DNA of 36,700 nt. It comes from an uncultured archaeon (GTDB lineage: Archaea; Asgardarchaeota; Lokiarchaeia; Sigyniarchaeales; SOKP01). Below the pieces are notes generated by a model. The model did no database searches, was not told where the DNA came from, and saw only the letters and a program-made list of their open reading frames with translations. A program made the translations under genes and the position numbers. This document shows, one piece after another, positions 1 through 9,609 of this stretch; position 1 is the stretch's first letter, and every line of letters starts with the position of its first letter. The stretch lies in NCBI GenBank assembly GCA_964388035.1, contig CAYLZE010000009.1:1-36700 (forward strand). Direction: 5' to 3'.

Positions 1-21
1 AAAGTTCACTCGAAAGAAATA

Positions 22-83
22 TTTAAATACTGAAACGAATTAATGATCTAAGATCATTCAACTTTTTGATGATCATTGATCAT
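22..83 (+). promoter_or_regulatory. TATA box followed by two palindromic operator-like sites (ATGATC-N3-GATCAT at 43-57 and 69-83) upstream of the MFS gene
   Basis: TTTAAATA at 22-29 after a purine-rich BRE-like run; perfect inverted repeat AATGATCT-A-AGATCATT (42-58); ATGATCATTGATCAT (69-83). Confidence 0.55.
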
Positions 84-118
84 TAAATAATAATGAAATA
101 ATAAAAAAGTTTTATAAC

Positions 119-1537
119 ATGTCAAATATGGAAATTGGTAATGAAACTACTGTAACAAAAGAAAAAAGTACAATGGACCATTCTTGGGCAATTATTCTCT
201 CTTATTCAATAAGTTCTTTCTCGTTTGAAGCCTTACCCGGCCTGTTAACCACGCAACTCTTTTTCTTTTATGAGACGGTTGTCCTTTTGCCGACATTTTT
301 GGTAACACTAGCCTTCGTGATCTTCGGAATTTGGGATGCTGTCAATGATCCCATAATGGGATTTCTTTCTGATCGACCCAATCGGTTCTGGAAACGATGG
401 GGTAGACGATTTCCATGGATAATCTTTAGTTCAGTCCCTGTATGCGTGTTCTTCTTTTTTGTCTTCACCCCTCCTGAACTCGATCCTGTTTCTGGAGCCA
501 TTCCGCTCTTTCTTTGGTTAGTTTCTTTCCTTTTATTATACGAACTCTTCTTGACCACCATAACCCTCAATCGTGCTGCTCTCTTACCCGAGAAATTTAG
601 AACAGATAGGGACCGAAATCGGGTCTCCGCGATGACTAACGTGTTTTTAACTGTTGGAATGCTGATAGGCATGGTTATTCCCCCCCTAATTGTTTCAATG
701 TCATCATCCTATTCATTGGCTGCCTTATTCGTAGTGATTTTTTCTTTAATTTTTGTATTTCTTTCCATACCCGGCTGTCGTGACGATCCAAGGATGATAG
801 AGCAAGCTATGAAAGCAAGAGAGGAAGGCGTAGTTAAAGATCCCTTCATTAAAGTTATAATAGCAATTGCTAAAAATAGAAACTTTTGGGCTTATATCAT
901 AGCAGTAATTGCAATGGATACGCTTTATCTATGTTCATTCATGTCAATTCCCTTTTTCAATGAATATATTCTAAACCAACCAAAAGATAATGAAATGACA
1001 ATTCTTTTAGGATTTTTGTTGCTCAGTTTTGCTGCTGTTCCCATTTGGTATTTTGTGATTAAAAAAATAGGGCATTATAAAGTATTATTTATTGGGGTTA
1101 TTTGGGCGGCAGTTTCGATGATTCCCGTTCTTTTTGTAAACACAACTTTAGGAATAACTCTTGTCGGGGCTAGCGTGGCGGTCGGTGTGGTAGCTTTCTC
1201 AATTGCGGGAACCATTGCATTTACCGATATTATTGATGAGACCGTTTCTAATCGAGGGAAGCGTCAAGAGGGAAGTTATATGGGAGTTTGGGTTCTTTTC
1301 AAAAGATTGGCTACGGTTATTGCGAGTATATTCATCGGGGGGACGCATATAATTACGGGATTCAACCCTCTCTCGCCCATCCAAACGGGATTAGCTCAAT
1401 GGGGGATTCGAATCCATTTTGCCTTACTTCCTCTAATCTTTCTGATAATTGCTGGATTAATCTTCTATAGATTTTATGATCTTAATCCTGGTAAAGTTTC
1501 CATGATTAAAAACAAGCTAAAAGAACTAAATCTTTAA
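119..1537 (+). CDS. MFS transporter, glycoside-pentoside-hexuronide (MelB/GPH-like) family
   Basis: About 12 hydrophobic segments; GPH motifs WDAVNDPIMGFLSDR...WGRRFPWI and DIIDE...RQEGSYMG. Confidence 0.9.
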   Translation: MSNMEIGNETTVTKEKSTMDHSWAIILSYSISSFSFEALPGLLTTQLFFFYETVVLLPTFLVTLAFVIFGIWDAVNDPIMGFLSDRPNRFWKRWGRRFPWIIFSSVPVCVFFFFVFTPPELDPVSGAIPLFLWLVSFLLLYELFLTTITLNRAALLPEKFRTDRDRNRVSAMTNVFLTVGMLIGMVIPPLIVSMSSSYSLAALFVVIFSLIFVFLSIPGCRDDPRMIEQAMKAREEGVVKDPFIKVIIAIAKNRNFWAYIIAVIAMDTLYLCSFMSIPFFNEYILNQPKDNEMTILLGFLLLSFAAVPIWYFVIKKIGHYKVLFIGVIWAAVSMIPVLFVNTTLGITLVGASVAVGVVAFSIAGTIAFTDIIDETVSNRGKRQEGSYMGVWVLFKRLATVIASIFIGGTHIITGFNPLSPIQTGLAQWGIRIHFALLPLIFLIIAGLIFYRFYDLNPGKVSMIKNKLKELNL

Positions 1538-1622
1538 TTAATTTTCTTCTTATTCAAGAAGAATTATTTTTTTTATATATAAAATTCATTAAAATAAAAC
1601 ATGCTGAAGTGAATAAATTATA

Positions 1623-2999
1623 ATAAAAGTAATCGCCATTAATGGAAGCCCTCAAGGGAAAAAGGGAAATACAATATATTTTTATAATTATGGAATAAAA
1701 TACTTTCCCGATTCAGAAAGTAAGATTTTCAATGTAGGAGCAAAAATTAAAAAAATTGAACGGGATAATGAATATTTTGATGCAATCATTAAAGAAATAA
1801 GAGAAGCAAAAGTGATTTTCTGGGTTTTTCCCGCCTATATTTTCATCATGCCCTCACAATTCAAGCGATTTATTGAATTGATACGGGAGCGAGGCGTGGA
1901 GGATGCATTTAAAGGCAAGTATGCCACCACCATCATGACCTCCATTCATTTTTGTGATGACTTCGGTCTTGAATATATCCAAGGCATCTCGGAAGATTTG
2001 GGGATGAAATATTTTAAACCTTATTCAGCCCACATGAGGGATATTGAAAATGTTGAGGAACGCAAACGATTAGCCTTATTTTTTAAATATTTTCATAATG
2101 TCGTTGAAAATAACCTTGCTTTACCTCGTTTAACTACTTCAATTGAATATAATCCTATTGAATATGAACCAAACAACATCCAAGAAGTTTCTAAAAACAA
2201 GGGTTATAATTTACTTCTAATTACTGATGCTGAAGAAAAGGATAAGAATTTAAGGAACATGATCGGAACTTTGCAAAAATTGATGCCAAATCCAATAGAA
2301 GTGGTCAATCTACATGATATTAAAATAGAAAGTGGATGTGTGGGTTGCGGGAATTGCCAATTTGACGTTGGAAAGTGTCAATGGGCGGAAAAGGATGATT
2401 ACGAACAAAAAATAAGAACAAAAATTCGAAATGCTGACGCCCTTATTTTGGCCCCCATCATTAAGGATCGATATTTCTCAGCAAAGTGGAAACAGGTGGA
2501 AGATAGACGTTTTGTTGATAACCATCGTCCTTTATGGACCAATAAACAAGTAGTGTACTTAATTTCAGGTCCATTACGAGCTCTGCCTAATTTGCAGCAA
2601 CTATTACACATGAGAAAACAAATAAATGATGCGGAGATTGCTGGTATAGTCACTGATGAGTATAAATCCTCTGAAGAGATTATTAATCTAATCAGAACTG
2701 CAGTTGTCAATCTTATCTGGTCTTTAGAAAAAGCATATCGTTTTCCAGACACCTTCATCGGGGTAGCGGGAAAAAAATTATTTCGTGATTTTGTCTGGGA
2801 TTACCAAGCTTTCTTCCCTGGGGATTATGAATATTATAAAAAACACGCTTTCTTTGACTTTCCAAAGAAAAAAAGAATCTCTAATTTCATGATGAGAAAT
2901 TTAATTCAAAATGAAAAATTCAGAAATTGGATTGGCAAAAAGATGAGTAAAAGTTATCAAGAAAAGAGAAAAGCTCTGCTCGAGGAAAATCTCCTTTAA
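1623..2999 (+). CDS. NAD(P)H-dependent FMN reductase / iron-sulfur flavoprotein with two flavodoxin-like domains; probable non-AUG (ATA) start
   Basis: The frame is open upstream of the called GTG (1812) to TAA at 1614 and reads IKVIAINGSPQGKKGNT, the canonical flavoprotein N-terminus; second domain has CVGCGNCQFDVGKC (Isf-type Cys motif). Confidence 0.8.
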   Translation: MKVIAINGSPQGKKGNTIYFYNYGIKYFPDSESKIFNVGAKIKKIERDNEYFDAIIKEIREAKVIFWVFPAYIFIMPSQFKRFIELIRERGVEDAFKGKYATTIMTSIHFCDDFGLEYIQGISEDLGMKYFKPYSAHMRDIENVEERKRLALFFKYFHNVVENNLALPRLTTSIEYNPIEYEPNNIQEVSKNKGYNLLLITDAEEKDKNLRNMIGTLQKLMPNPIEVVNLHDIKIESGCVGCGNCQFDVGKCQWAEKDDYEQKIRTKIRNADALILAPIIKDRYFSAKWKQVEDRRFVDNHRPLWTNKQVVYLISGPLRALPNLQQLLHMRKQINDAEIAGIVTDEYKSSEEIINLIRTAVVNLIWSLEKAYRFPDTFIGVAGKKLFRDFVWDYQAFFPGDYEYYKKHAFFDFPKKKRISNFMMRNLIQNEKFRNWIGKKMSKSYQEKRKALLEENLL

Positions 3000-3000
3000 T
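2971..3000 (+). repeat. Direct repeat copy 1 (3' end of the flavoprotein gene)
   Basis: aagctctgctcgaggaaaatctcctttaat; 25/30 identical to 4665-4694. Confidence 0.75.
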
Positions 3001-3438
3001 TTGAAGTGAAATAATTAGAATAAAAATATAATTTGGCATCATTTTGACGCTTTTCTTAATTCAAAACGCTATGCAACGGTAGTTTATACCACGCTCAAGA
3101 GTTTGAAGAAGCTCTAATGTCTCATGATTCACTTCAGGAAGATAAAGCTTATTTAGTGGTAATTTCTTTTTTACTACGACATTTAGAAATATTATATAAA
3201 AGAAAGCGATGAACAAGAATAAATGCTAAATGTGAAATAAGATCCTTTAGAAATTTCTTTAAAAAATAATCGGTTGTTTTCGAAGCGCAATAATATCCCA
3301 AATAAAGAAATATTCATTATTAGTTTAAGATATAAAAAGATTTAAAGAGTGGATTTAATGTCCCTAGCTACTAATTCTTCTTACTAATTTAAATAACCTT
3401 ATTTCCTAATATAATTTGAAACCCCTTGAGGTCATATA

Positions 3439-4158
3439 ATGAAAAGATTACAAAATAATAAAAATGGAATAATTCAAAGCCAAAAGCTATTATATGGAAA
3501 ACTAAGAAAATTAAATCAATTATTCAAAATTCATTTTTCATTTTTATTCTTCTTCTTCTTATTTTGTATTCTCAATATTATTCTTTGGTCAATTTTATTC
3601 ATTACTGGTCAATTAAAATTTGAATTGACTCAAATATATGGAATGTTCGGAACTATAGTGACTTTTTTTCAAATACTAGTACTTTTTTTATTATTAATTT
3701 ATATAGGAATACAAATTTTTTTTTATGCGTTATTTATTTTCAGAGGAGTTAATTCTTTAAAATAAATTAGAGATAAAAATGAAGTCCAGATATCACTCTA
3801 TAATGGAATTACCCTCTATATTAACCACCTCTATGATTTTTTTAGTCGTTTTTCAAAAGAAAAAATAAACTTGAGTAAATTAGTTAATGGATTCCTATTC
3901 TTCAATTTCTTCTTCTTTTTTTATGTAATTTTTTTATTTACACGGTTGATGGAAGTTAATAATGCGAACAATTTAATAACTTTTTATAGGGTGATATTAT
4001 TTCTCTTAATGCTATTCTTTATGATCAGCAGCTTGATAACTTCAATCAAAATTAGAGATGTGATAATGAAATGGGAGCACTTATTCCCTAAATTAGAAGA
4101 ATGGGCTCAGGAATTAGAGCAATATCCCCCTAAAAACTCAATTAACAGGCATGAGTAG
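3439..4158 (+). pseudogene. Multi-pass membrane protein interrupted by one in-frame TAA (3763-3765)
   Basis: ORFs 3439-3765 and 3871-4158 share a frame and 3766-3870 is stop-free, giving one 240-codon frame with about 4 hydrophobic segments. Confidence 0.65.
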
Positions 4159-4468
4159 GAACCTTTGTAATAATTCTAAAAGTGATTTTGCCATGAATTC
4201 TTCAAAACGCAGCAAATTTGAAATATGGTCTAAAGTATTGGAATTTTGTCTAAGGAAAAAAAGGAGTCAAACATGGTTATTACAAAACGCACGTTTAAAT
4301 ACAAGTTCGATAAAGGAAGCTCTTCAGTTTCTCTTACCTCGAAATTTAATTGAAGAATTAAACGAAGAAAATGTGATAAAGTTTCAAACAACTGCTAAAG
4401 GAGAAGAGGCATTACAGAAATTTTATACTCTCATTAATGATTATTTTGATTTAAATCCGGATAAATAA
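4151..4468 (+). CDS. Winged helix-turn-helix transcriptional regulator (archaeal HTH_45-like)
   Basis: KRSKFEIWSKVLEFC...LLQNARLN...LQFL...NLI...FQTTAKGEEAL pattern; true start may be ATG at 4193. Confidence 0.8.
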   Translation: MSRNLCNNSKSDFAMNSSKRSKFEIWSKVLEFCLRKKRSQTWLLQNARLNTSSIKEALQFLLPRNLIEELNEENVIKFQTTAKGEEALQKFYTLINDYFDLNPDK

Positions 4469-4664
4469 TAAAGAAAATTCTTCAAATCTTTTCAAATTAA
4501 ACCAAGAATTTTATTCTTAATTAATAACATCAAGTAATTTTAATTTTTTCAAAGTTGCTTTTAATTTTATAAATATGAATATATTACTTTTATATTCTAC
4601 ATTTTTATAATATTGGTTTAATACCTTTACTTTTTACCTTGTTTTTTTCTTCCTCTTTCTAATT

Positions 4665-4694
4665 AAGCCATGCTCGAGGAGAATCTTTTTTAAT
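4665..4694 (+). repeat. Direct repeat copy 2 (duplicated flavoprotein 3' end, reads AMLEENLF*)
   Basis: aagccatgctcgaggagaatcttttttaat; matches 2971-3000, which reads ALLEENLL*. Confidence 0.75.
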
Positions 4695-4818
4695 GCGGTG
4701 AAAACTATTTATAAACTCCTAGAGTTCATCATCCTTGAGAAAATTAGATGAAAAAAAAGAAAGATAATTAAGTTTAAAAAAAGCAATAATAAGTCTTAAT
4801 TTAATAAAAAAGTGAAAT

Positions 4819-6597
4819 TTATTTTTTATATAATGGATCTGCTTCTTGCAGCATTCTCCTTTGTACTTTTCCCATGATATTTTTGGGAACATCATCAATG
4901 AATTCGATGATTGCTGGACATTTCCATTTGGTCATATTTTTCTCCGTCCAAGCTTTTAATTCTTCTTCCGTAATTTTACCGATGTATTCTGGTTTCAACG
5001 CAACCCACGCCTTAGTTATCTCTCCCACCTTTCCTTCAGGATCGGGTAATCCTGCTACTGCGGCTTCGGAAACGGCTTCATTTTTCATTATTAATTCTTC
5101 CACTTCTTTAGGAAAGACAGAATGTCCCGCCACTTTTATTAACTGTTTCTTTCGATCCCGAAGGGTGACACAACCATCTTCTCGCATGAATCCAATATCT
5201 CCAGTTAATAACCATATTCTCCCGTTCCACGCTTTTAAAGTTTCTTTTGTTTCTTCTGGTTGATCTAAATAAGCTTTCATTACTTGCGGACCACAAACAC
5301 ATAATTCTCCCGTGTTTTCCTCTCCATATTTCGAACCAGGCATTCCATCAGCAATTGGTCCTTTTTCAAATTCTCTATCATCAAAAATAGCCCAGTCGGT
5401 GCCAGGAAGAGGCATTCCAATTGTACCCAATGGGCTTTCTCCAAATAAGTTTCCCGCACTAACGACGGGAGATGCTTCAGATAATCCATAGCCTTCTACT
5501 ATTTTTCCTCCCGTATTCTTTTGAAAGGATTCTTGTACGGGAGCATGTAATGGACCAGCTCCTGAAATACATAACTTTAATTTTCCCATAAAGTCGGGAT
5601 ATTTATCTAATTGGGGAAAATCAGCAATTCTTTTGAAAAGGATTTCCGCTCCAGCATACGCCAACCCTTTTGGTGCAGGGATGTCAGAAACTTCCTTAAT
5701 GAATTCCTCTGTAGGAGGTGGTCTCGGGAAAAGCATCATCCATCCTCCTAGTCCAATCGTAACATTCATGACAGCAGTCAATCCAAAAGAATGGAAAAGA
5801 GGAAGTGCTCCGATATCTCCGATTCCAGGATCTTCGCCTCCTAATATTAGGACACATTGCTTTACATTTGAGACAAGATTGAAGTGCGTGAGAACAGTAG
5901 CTTTCGGTACTCCAGTAGTTCCACCTGTCATGATATAAGTGGCCGTATCTTCGGTGGGATTTATTTTAACATCCGGTGGGTTTGGTGAAGAATTTAATAA
6001 ATCCATGAAATTATATGATGGTTCAAAATCAACTTTGCCCTTAGGAATCTTTTTAATCAATTTTCCAAGAAATTTGATGAATCCCGAGAGTCCCGATGCC
6101 AAATCCACGAGATTGGTTGATATGACGAATTTAATGGGTGTTTTACCGATGATTGGCTTTACCAATTCCTCGTACAATGCATCAAGTGTTATTAAATATT
6201 GAGCCTTGGTTAATTCTAAATGATGCAATACCTCGGTTGCTTTATAGGTGGGATTGATCCCCGTGGGAATTGCTCCTAATCTTAAACTTGCATAAAAACC
6301 AATAACATATTGAAAACTGTTGGGTAACAAGAGAGCCACTACTTCATCTTTTCTTACGCCTAATTCATGGAGAGCTGTTGCAAAGGAATCCACATGATTT
6401 TTAAATTCTTTATACTTCATCCAAGTATTTAAAAACCACATTATATTTTCATCAGGATATTTATTCACTTGATTTTCCAACAATTGGTAGAGACTTATTT
6501 CCTCAAAGTTCACGTTTTTAGGTACATTTTTTGGCCACCATTTCTTAAACCATGGTTTGTCCTCATTTACTTGCCATTTATTACTAGTTTTTGACAA
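4819..6597 (-). CDS. fadD: Long-chain fatty acid--CoA ligase (AMP-binding family)
   Basis: P-loop MTGGTTGVPKA, EGYGLSE, TGDIG, DRKKQLIKVAGHSVFPKEVE, PKNIMGKVQRR; TTG start. Confidence 0.9.
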   Translation of the reverse strand: MSKTSNKWQVNEDKPWFKKWWPKNVPKNVNFEEISLYQLLENQVNKYPDENIMWFLNTWMKYKEFKNHVDSFATALHELGVRKDEVVALLLPNSFQYVIGFYASLRLGAIPTGINPTYKATEVLHHLELTKAQYLITLDALYEELVKPIIGKTPIKFVISTNLVDLASGLSGFIKFLGKLIKKIPKGKVDFEPSYNFMDLLNSSPNPPDVKINPTEDTATYIMTGGTTGVPKATVLTHFNLVSNVKQCVLILGGEDPGIGDIGALPLFHSFGLTAVMNVTIGLGGWMMLFPRPPPTEEFIKEVSDIPAPKGLAYAGAEILFKRIADFPQLDKYPDFMGKLKLCISGAGPLHAPVQESFQKNTGGKIVEGYGLSEASPVVSAGNLFGESPLGTIGMPLPGTDWAIFDDREFEKGPIADGMPGSKYGEENTGELCVCGPQVMKAYLDQPEETKETLKAWNGRIWLLTGDIGFMREDGCVTLRDRKKQLIKVAGHSVFPKEVEELIMKNEAVSEAAVAGLPDPEGKVGEITKAWVALKPEYIGKITEEELKAWTEKNMTKWKCPAIIEFIDDVPKNIMGKVQRRMLQEADPLYKK

Positions 6598-6918
6598 TTT
6601 TTATTCATCTTGAGTTACTAATTTATTTTTAAATGTTGAATATCTTGTAATGAAACAGTTTTATATTTGATTTCTTAGTATTTAAAATTTCATGTTTTAA
6701 AATATTGAGATAGAAAAGTGCTGATGAGCTCATGATATTCCTTTAGGGTCTACATAGAAGCCAAAAAATGTACTTTAACAAGGTAACTTTGTATTAAATT
6801 GCTCTTCTTCAAACGGATCCATGCATAAATGTCTACTATTTAAAATTATAATTAAAAAAATTTAATACAATGTTATTATGTATATTTTAGAAACACACTT
6901 TATTTCTGGTGAAATTTT

Positions 6919-9174
6919 ATGTTTAAAAAAAGTAAGAAAGAGGAAGAGAAGAAAAAGCCGTCACCTAAAAAATATGAAGAGCCAAGGAAAAAAGAAAAAG
7001 TAGAAGGCCAAAAATATACGGTAATTGACGAAGAAGAAGGAAGAGCAGAAATTGTTGAAGAAGCAACCTCTATTCCCTATGTAGAAAAATATGGTGAGGA
7101 TACCCAAGAATTAGAAGAGTCTGTATTATTAAAAGATGGTAAGCGGGATGGACTTTTAGCCCAGGTAAAATTAATTGAAGATGTTGAAGTTATTCAAGAT
7201 CACGATGCAAATATTGAATCTATTGGATTCAATGGCAAGTTGAACATTGAAAATCCAAGTAAAATTGATAGATTATGGGATATTGACTTAGTGTTAAAAA
7301 ACATCGAACAGACCAGTTTAGACTCAAATGAAATTATTATTCAAGAACTAGGGACAAGCGATAACGATAACGTTGACAGCCATGATTTTAAAATCAAAGG
7401 GGAAGCAAAAAATCTATTACTTGTTAAAGAATATATAAATACCCTTCCAAATGCAGATGATATCTTAAATATAAGAGATATTGAAAATGATTTACTGAAC
7501 TTAAAGGATAAGAGTGCTAAAGCAGGAGCGCTTCCCGAAAAAAAGGCGGATAAAAAGAAGAAGGAAGAAAAAGAGGAAGATACGGAAGAAGACGAGGAAG
7601 AGGACGATGATTACGATGGTGGTGCTGCTGCCGAAGAATACCATTTAGAGTCTTTTGGAATTTCCAAAGACAAAGAGTTAACAGTCACTTTTGCTATTGG
7701 CATGCGAAGTCTCTTTGAAAAACCGCTTTACAACGTTCAAGTAAAGAAAAAGATATTAGGAGATTTTACTAATGCGAAAGTTACAGATACTTCTATTGGA
7801 TCGGCTGATGTGGAAGGAGATCAAATAATTTGGAAGATGGATGAGTTAAATTCTGAAGAAACGGTTCTCTTAAAGTTTACCTGCAATATCATGGTATCCG
7901 AAGTCGAAGCTAAAAAAACGGGTGAAATTGAGGTAACCTATGAAGCCAGTTCTTCATTTGTACCGGGATTCGGAATTGATAAGTTCGATGCTTATACACG
8001 AAATAAGTTTCACATTGATATCATGGAAAGAGATGAAGAGCCGGGAGTTTGGGATTGTAAGTTAGTTTTTGAAAATACTTCCGAATTTATCATGGAATTG
8101 TTTGATATTGACTTACATCTTACTGATGATGCATCTAAAAAATTCGTCCCTCTGAATCCAGAGGATCTACCCTTATTACCACCGGGTGCACAATGGCACA
8201 CTGCCCACTGGGATCTGGAAAGTGAAGATTATCCTAAATTTAAGAAAAGCATCGAATTTCGAGTGTTACCGAATTTCCAAACCAAAGTTAATAGTACCAT
8301 TAGTATCAAAGATGTAGAGCTTGTTTTAGCAAGTATGATGGGTACATTGACATACGATGTTGAGGAACTTGACCTACCCGTGGAAGAAGAAGAGGGAGTC
8401 ATTAAAATTCCTACTTACCAAGAGACCGATATTAATGCCATACTTACCGTTAATAATGATGGTTCTGCACCTCTCAACGAATTAAAAGTTCAGCATAAGC
8501 CATTTAATGAGCCGTTCCTGCCTCCTAACTTAGAAGAAACAACAGATAAAGAAACAGGAGAAAAAATACCCCTTGAAGTGCAAGTTTTTAAGGATGGAAA
8601 ACCCATTACGGTGGAACCAGGCGATCTCCGGTTTGAGGATGATACTCTTATTTATGATGTCAAGGACCTTAAGAATAGACCGGAAGGAATGTTTGATCCC
8701 GATTCTGCTTATGAATTCAAATATCCCGTTCACGCCGTGAACCCCGTCGAAGATGCGCAATTCGAAACAGATGCAATTATAAACGCGAATACTTATCCCA
8801 TTGGCCCTGAACTCGAATATATAATTGTACCTGAGGAGACTCCCATCATAAAAGCAGTCCACTTGAGAAGACAATACAGACTTGCGAAGGAAATTATTCA
8901 TATGGGAGAGCTTGGTCATTACAAGATTATTCTTCATTTGGAAAACATTACCACAACTCACATGCCCTTGAAAAACTTTCCAATCATAGATAAAATTCCC
9001 GAAAACTTTAAACAAAGTAATTTTTCAATGAAACCCCAGATAACGGACTTTAAAGGAGAAGATATATTAAAGTGGGAAATTCCACTTCTCGAAGAGGGAA
9101 AGGAACTGGATATAACATATGAAATAAAAGGAGAAGGAGATTATCACCCGAGCGATGCTCATCCTACTTATTAA
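6919..9174 (+). CDS. Large acidic multi-beta-sandwich protein with a possible mu-homology-domain-like region
   Basis: 751-aa ORF after GGTGA; no signal peptide or TM segment; charged low-complexity N-terminus and linker; beta-strand-rich segments resemble adaptin-mu/delta-COP motifs by eye. Confidence 0.75.
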   Translation: MFKKSKKEEEKKKPSPKKYEEPRKKEKVEGQKYTVIDEEEGRAEIVEEATSIPYVEKYGEDTQELEESVLLKDGKRDGLLAQVKLIEDVEVIQDHDANIESIGFNGKLNIENPSKIDRLWDIDLVLKNIEQTSLDSNEIIIQELGTSDNDNVDSHDFKIKGEAKNLLLVKEYINTLPNADDILNIRDIENDLLNLKDKSAKAGALPEKKADKKKKEEKEEDTEEDEEEDDDYDGGAAAEEYHLESFGISKDKELTVTFAIGMRSLFEKPLYNVQVKKKILGDFTNAKVTDTSIGSADVEGDQIIWKMDELNSEETVLLKFTCNIMVSEVEAKKTGEIEVTYEASSSFVPGFGIDKFDAYTRNKFHIDIMERDEEPGVWDCKLVFENTSEFIMELFDIDLHLTDDASKKFVPLNPEDLPLLPPGAQWHTAHWDLESEDYPKFKKSIEFRVLPNFQTKVNSTISIKDVELVLASMMGTLTYDVEELDLPVEEEEGVIKIPTYQETDINAILTVNNDGSAPLNELKVQHKPFNEPFLPPNLEETTDKETGEKIPLEVQVFKDGKPITVEPGDLRFEDDTLIYDVKDLKNRPEGMFDPDSAYEFKYPVHAVNPVEDAQFETDAIINANTYPIGPELEYIIVPEETPIIKAVHLRRQYRLAKEIIHMGELGHYKIILHLENITTTHMPLKNFPIIDKIPENFKQSNFSMKPQITDFKGEDILKWEIPLLEEGKELDITYEIKGEGDYHPSDAHPTY

Positions 9175-9609
9175 GGCATCCTATAACAATTAATTTTATT
9201 TTTTTTCTTAACTATTTTATTTTTATTAAATTCGTATTTATTTATTGTAAGATTGTTAATTTTAGAGAATAGTTATTTCAATTTAACTCCTTTATTCCTA
9301 AGAAAATTAAATCGGTTGAAACTTAATAATTTCTAGATCAAATTGTACCTGAAAAGAAATACTTGCTAATTCTCGTGATTATAAATAATTAAATTTATCG
9401 GATATTGAATTATATTCGAAATCGCTTAAATTATAAAATGAATTTTAGAATCATTTAATAAAAATGCATTACCCTTAACCCTAAATTATCTTTAATGAAT
9501 TTATAATTAGTATTTGACATTAAAACTAAAGTATAAATAGAAGATAGCTCACATTATATTAATCACAAAAAGTTTACAATTAATTATTATTAATTAAGGC
9601 AATGTTTAT

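Noticed and set aside
3040-3212. Short open frame (LCNGSLYHAQEFEEAL...YLVVISFLL) that may be a gene remnant
   Set aside because: No clear start or recognisable motif; too weak to call without a search
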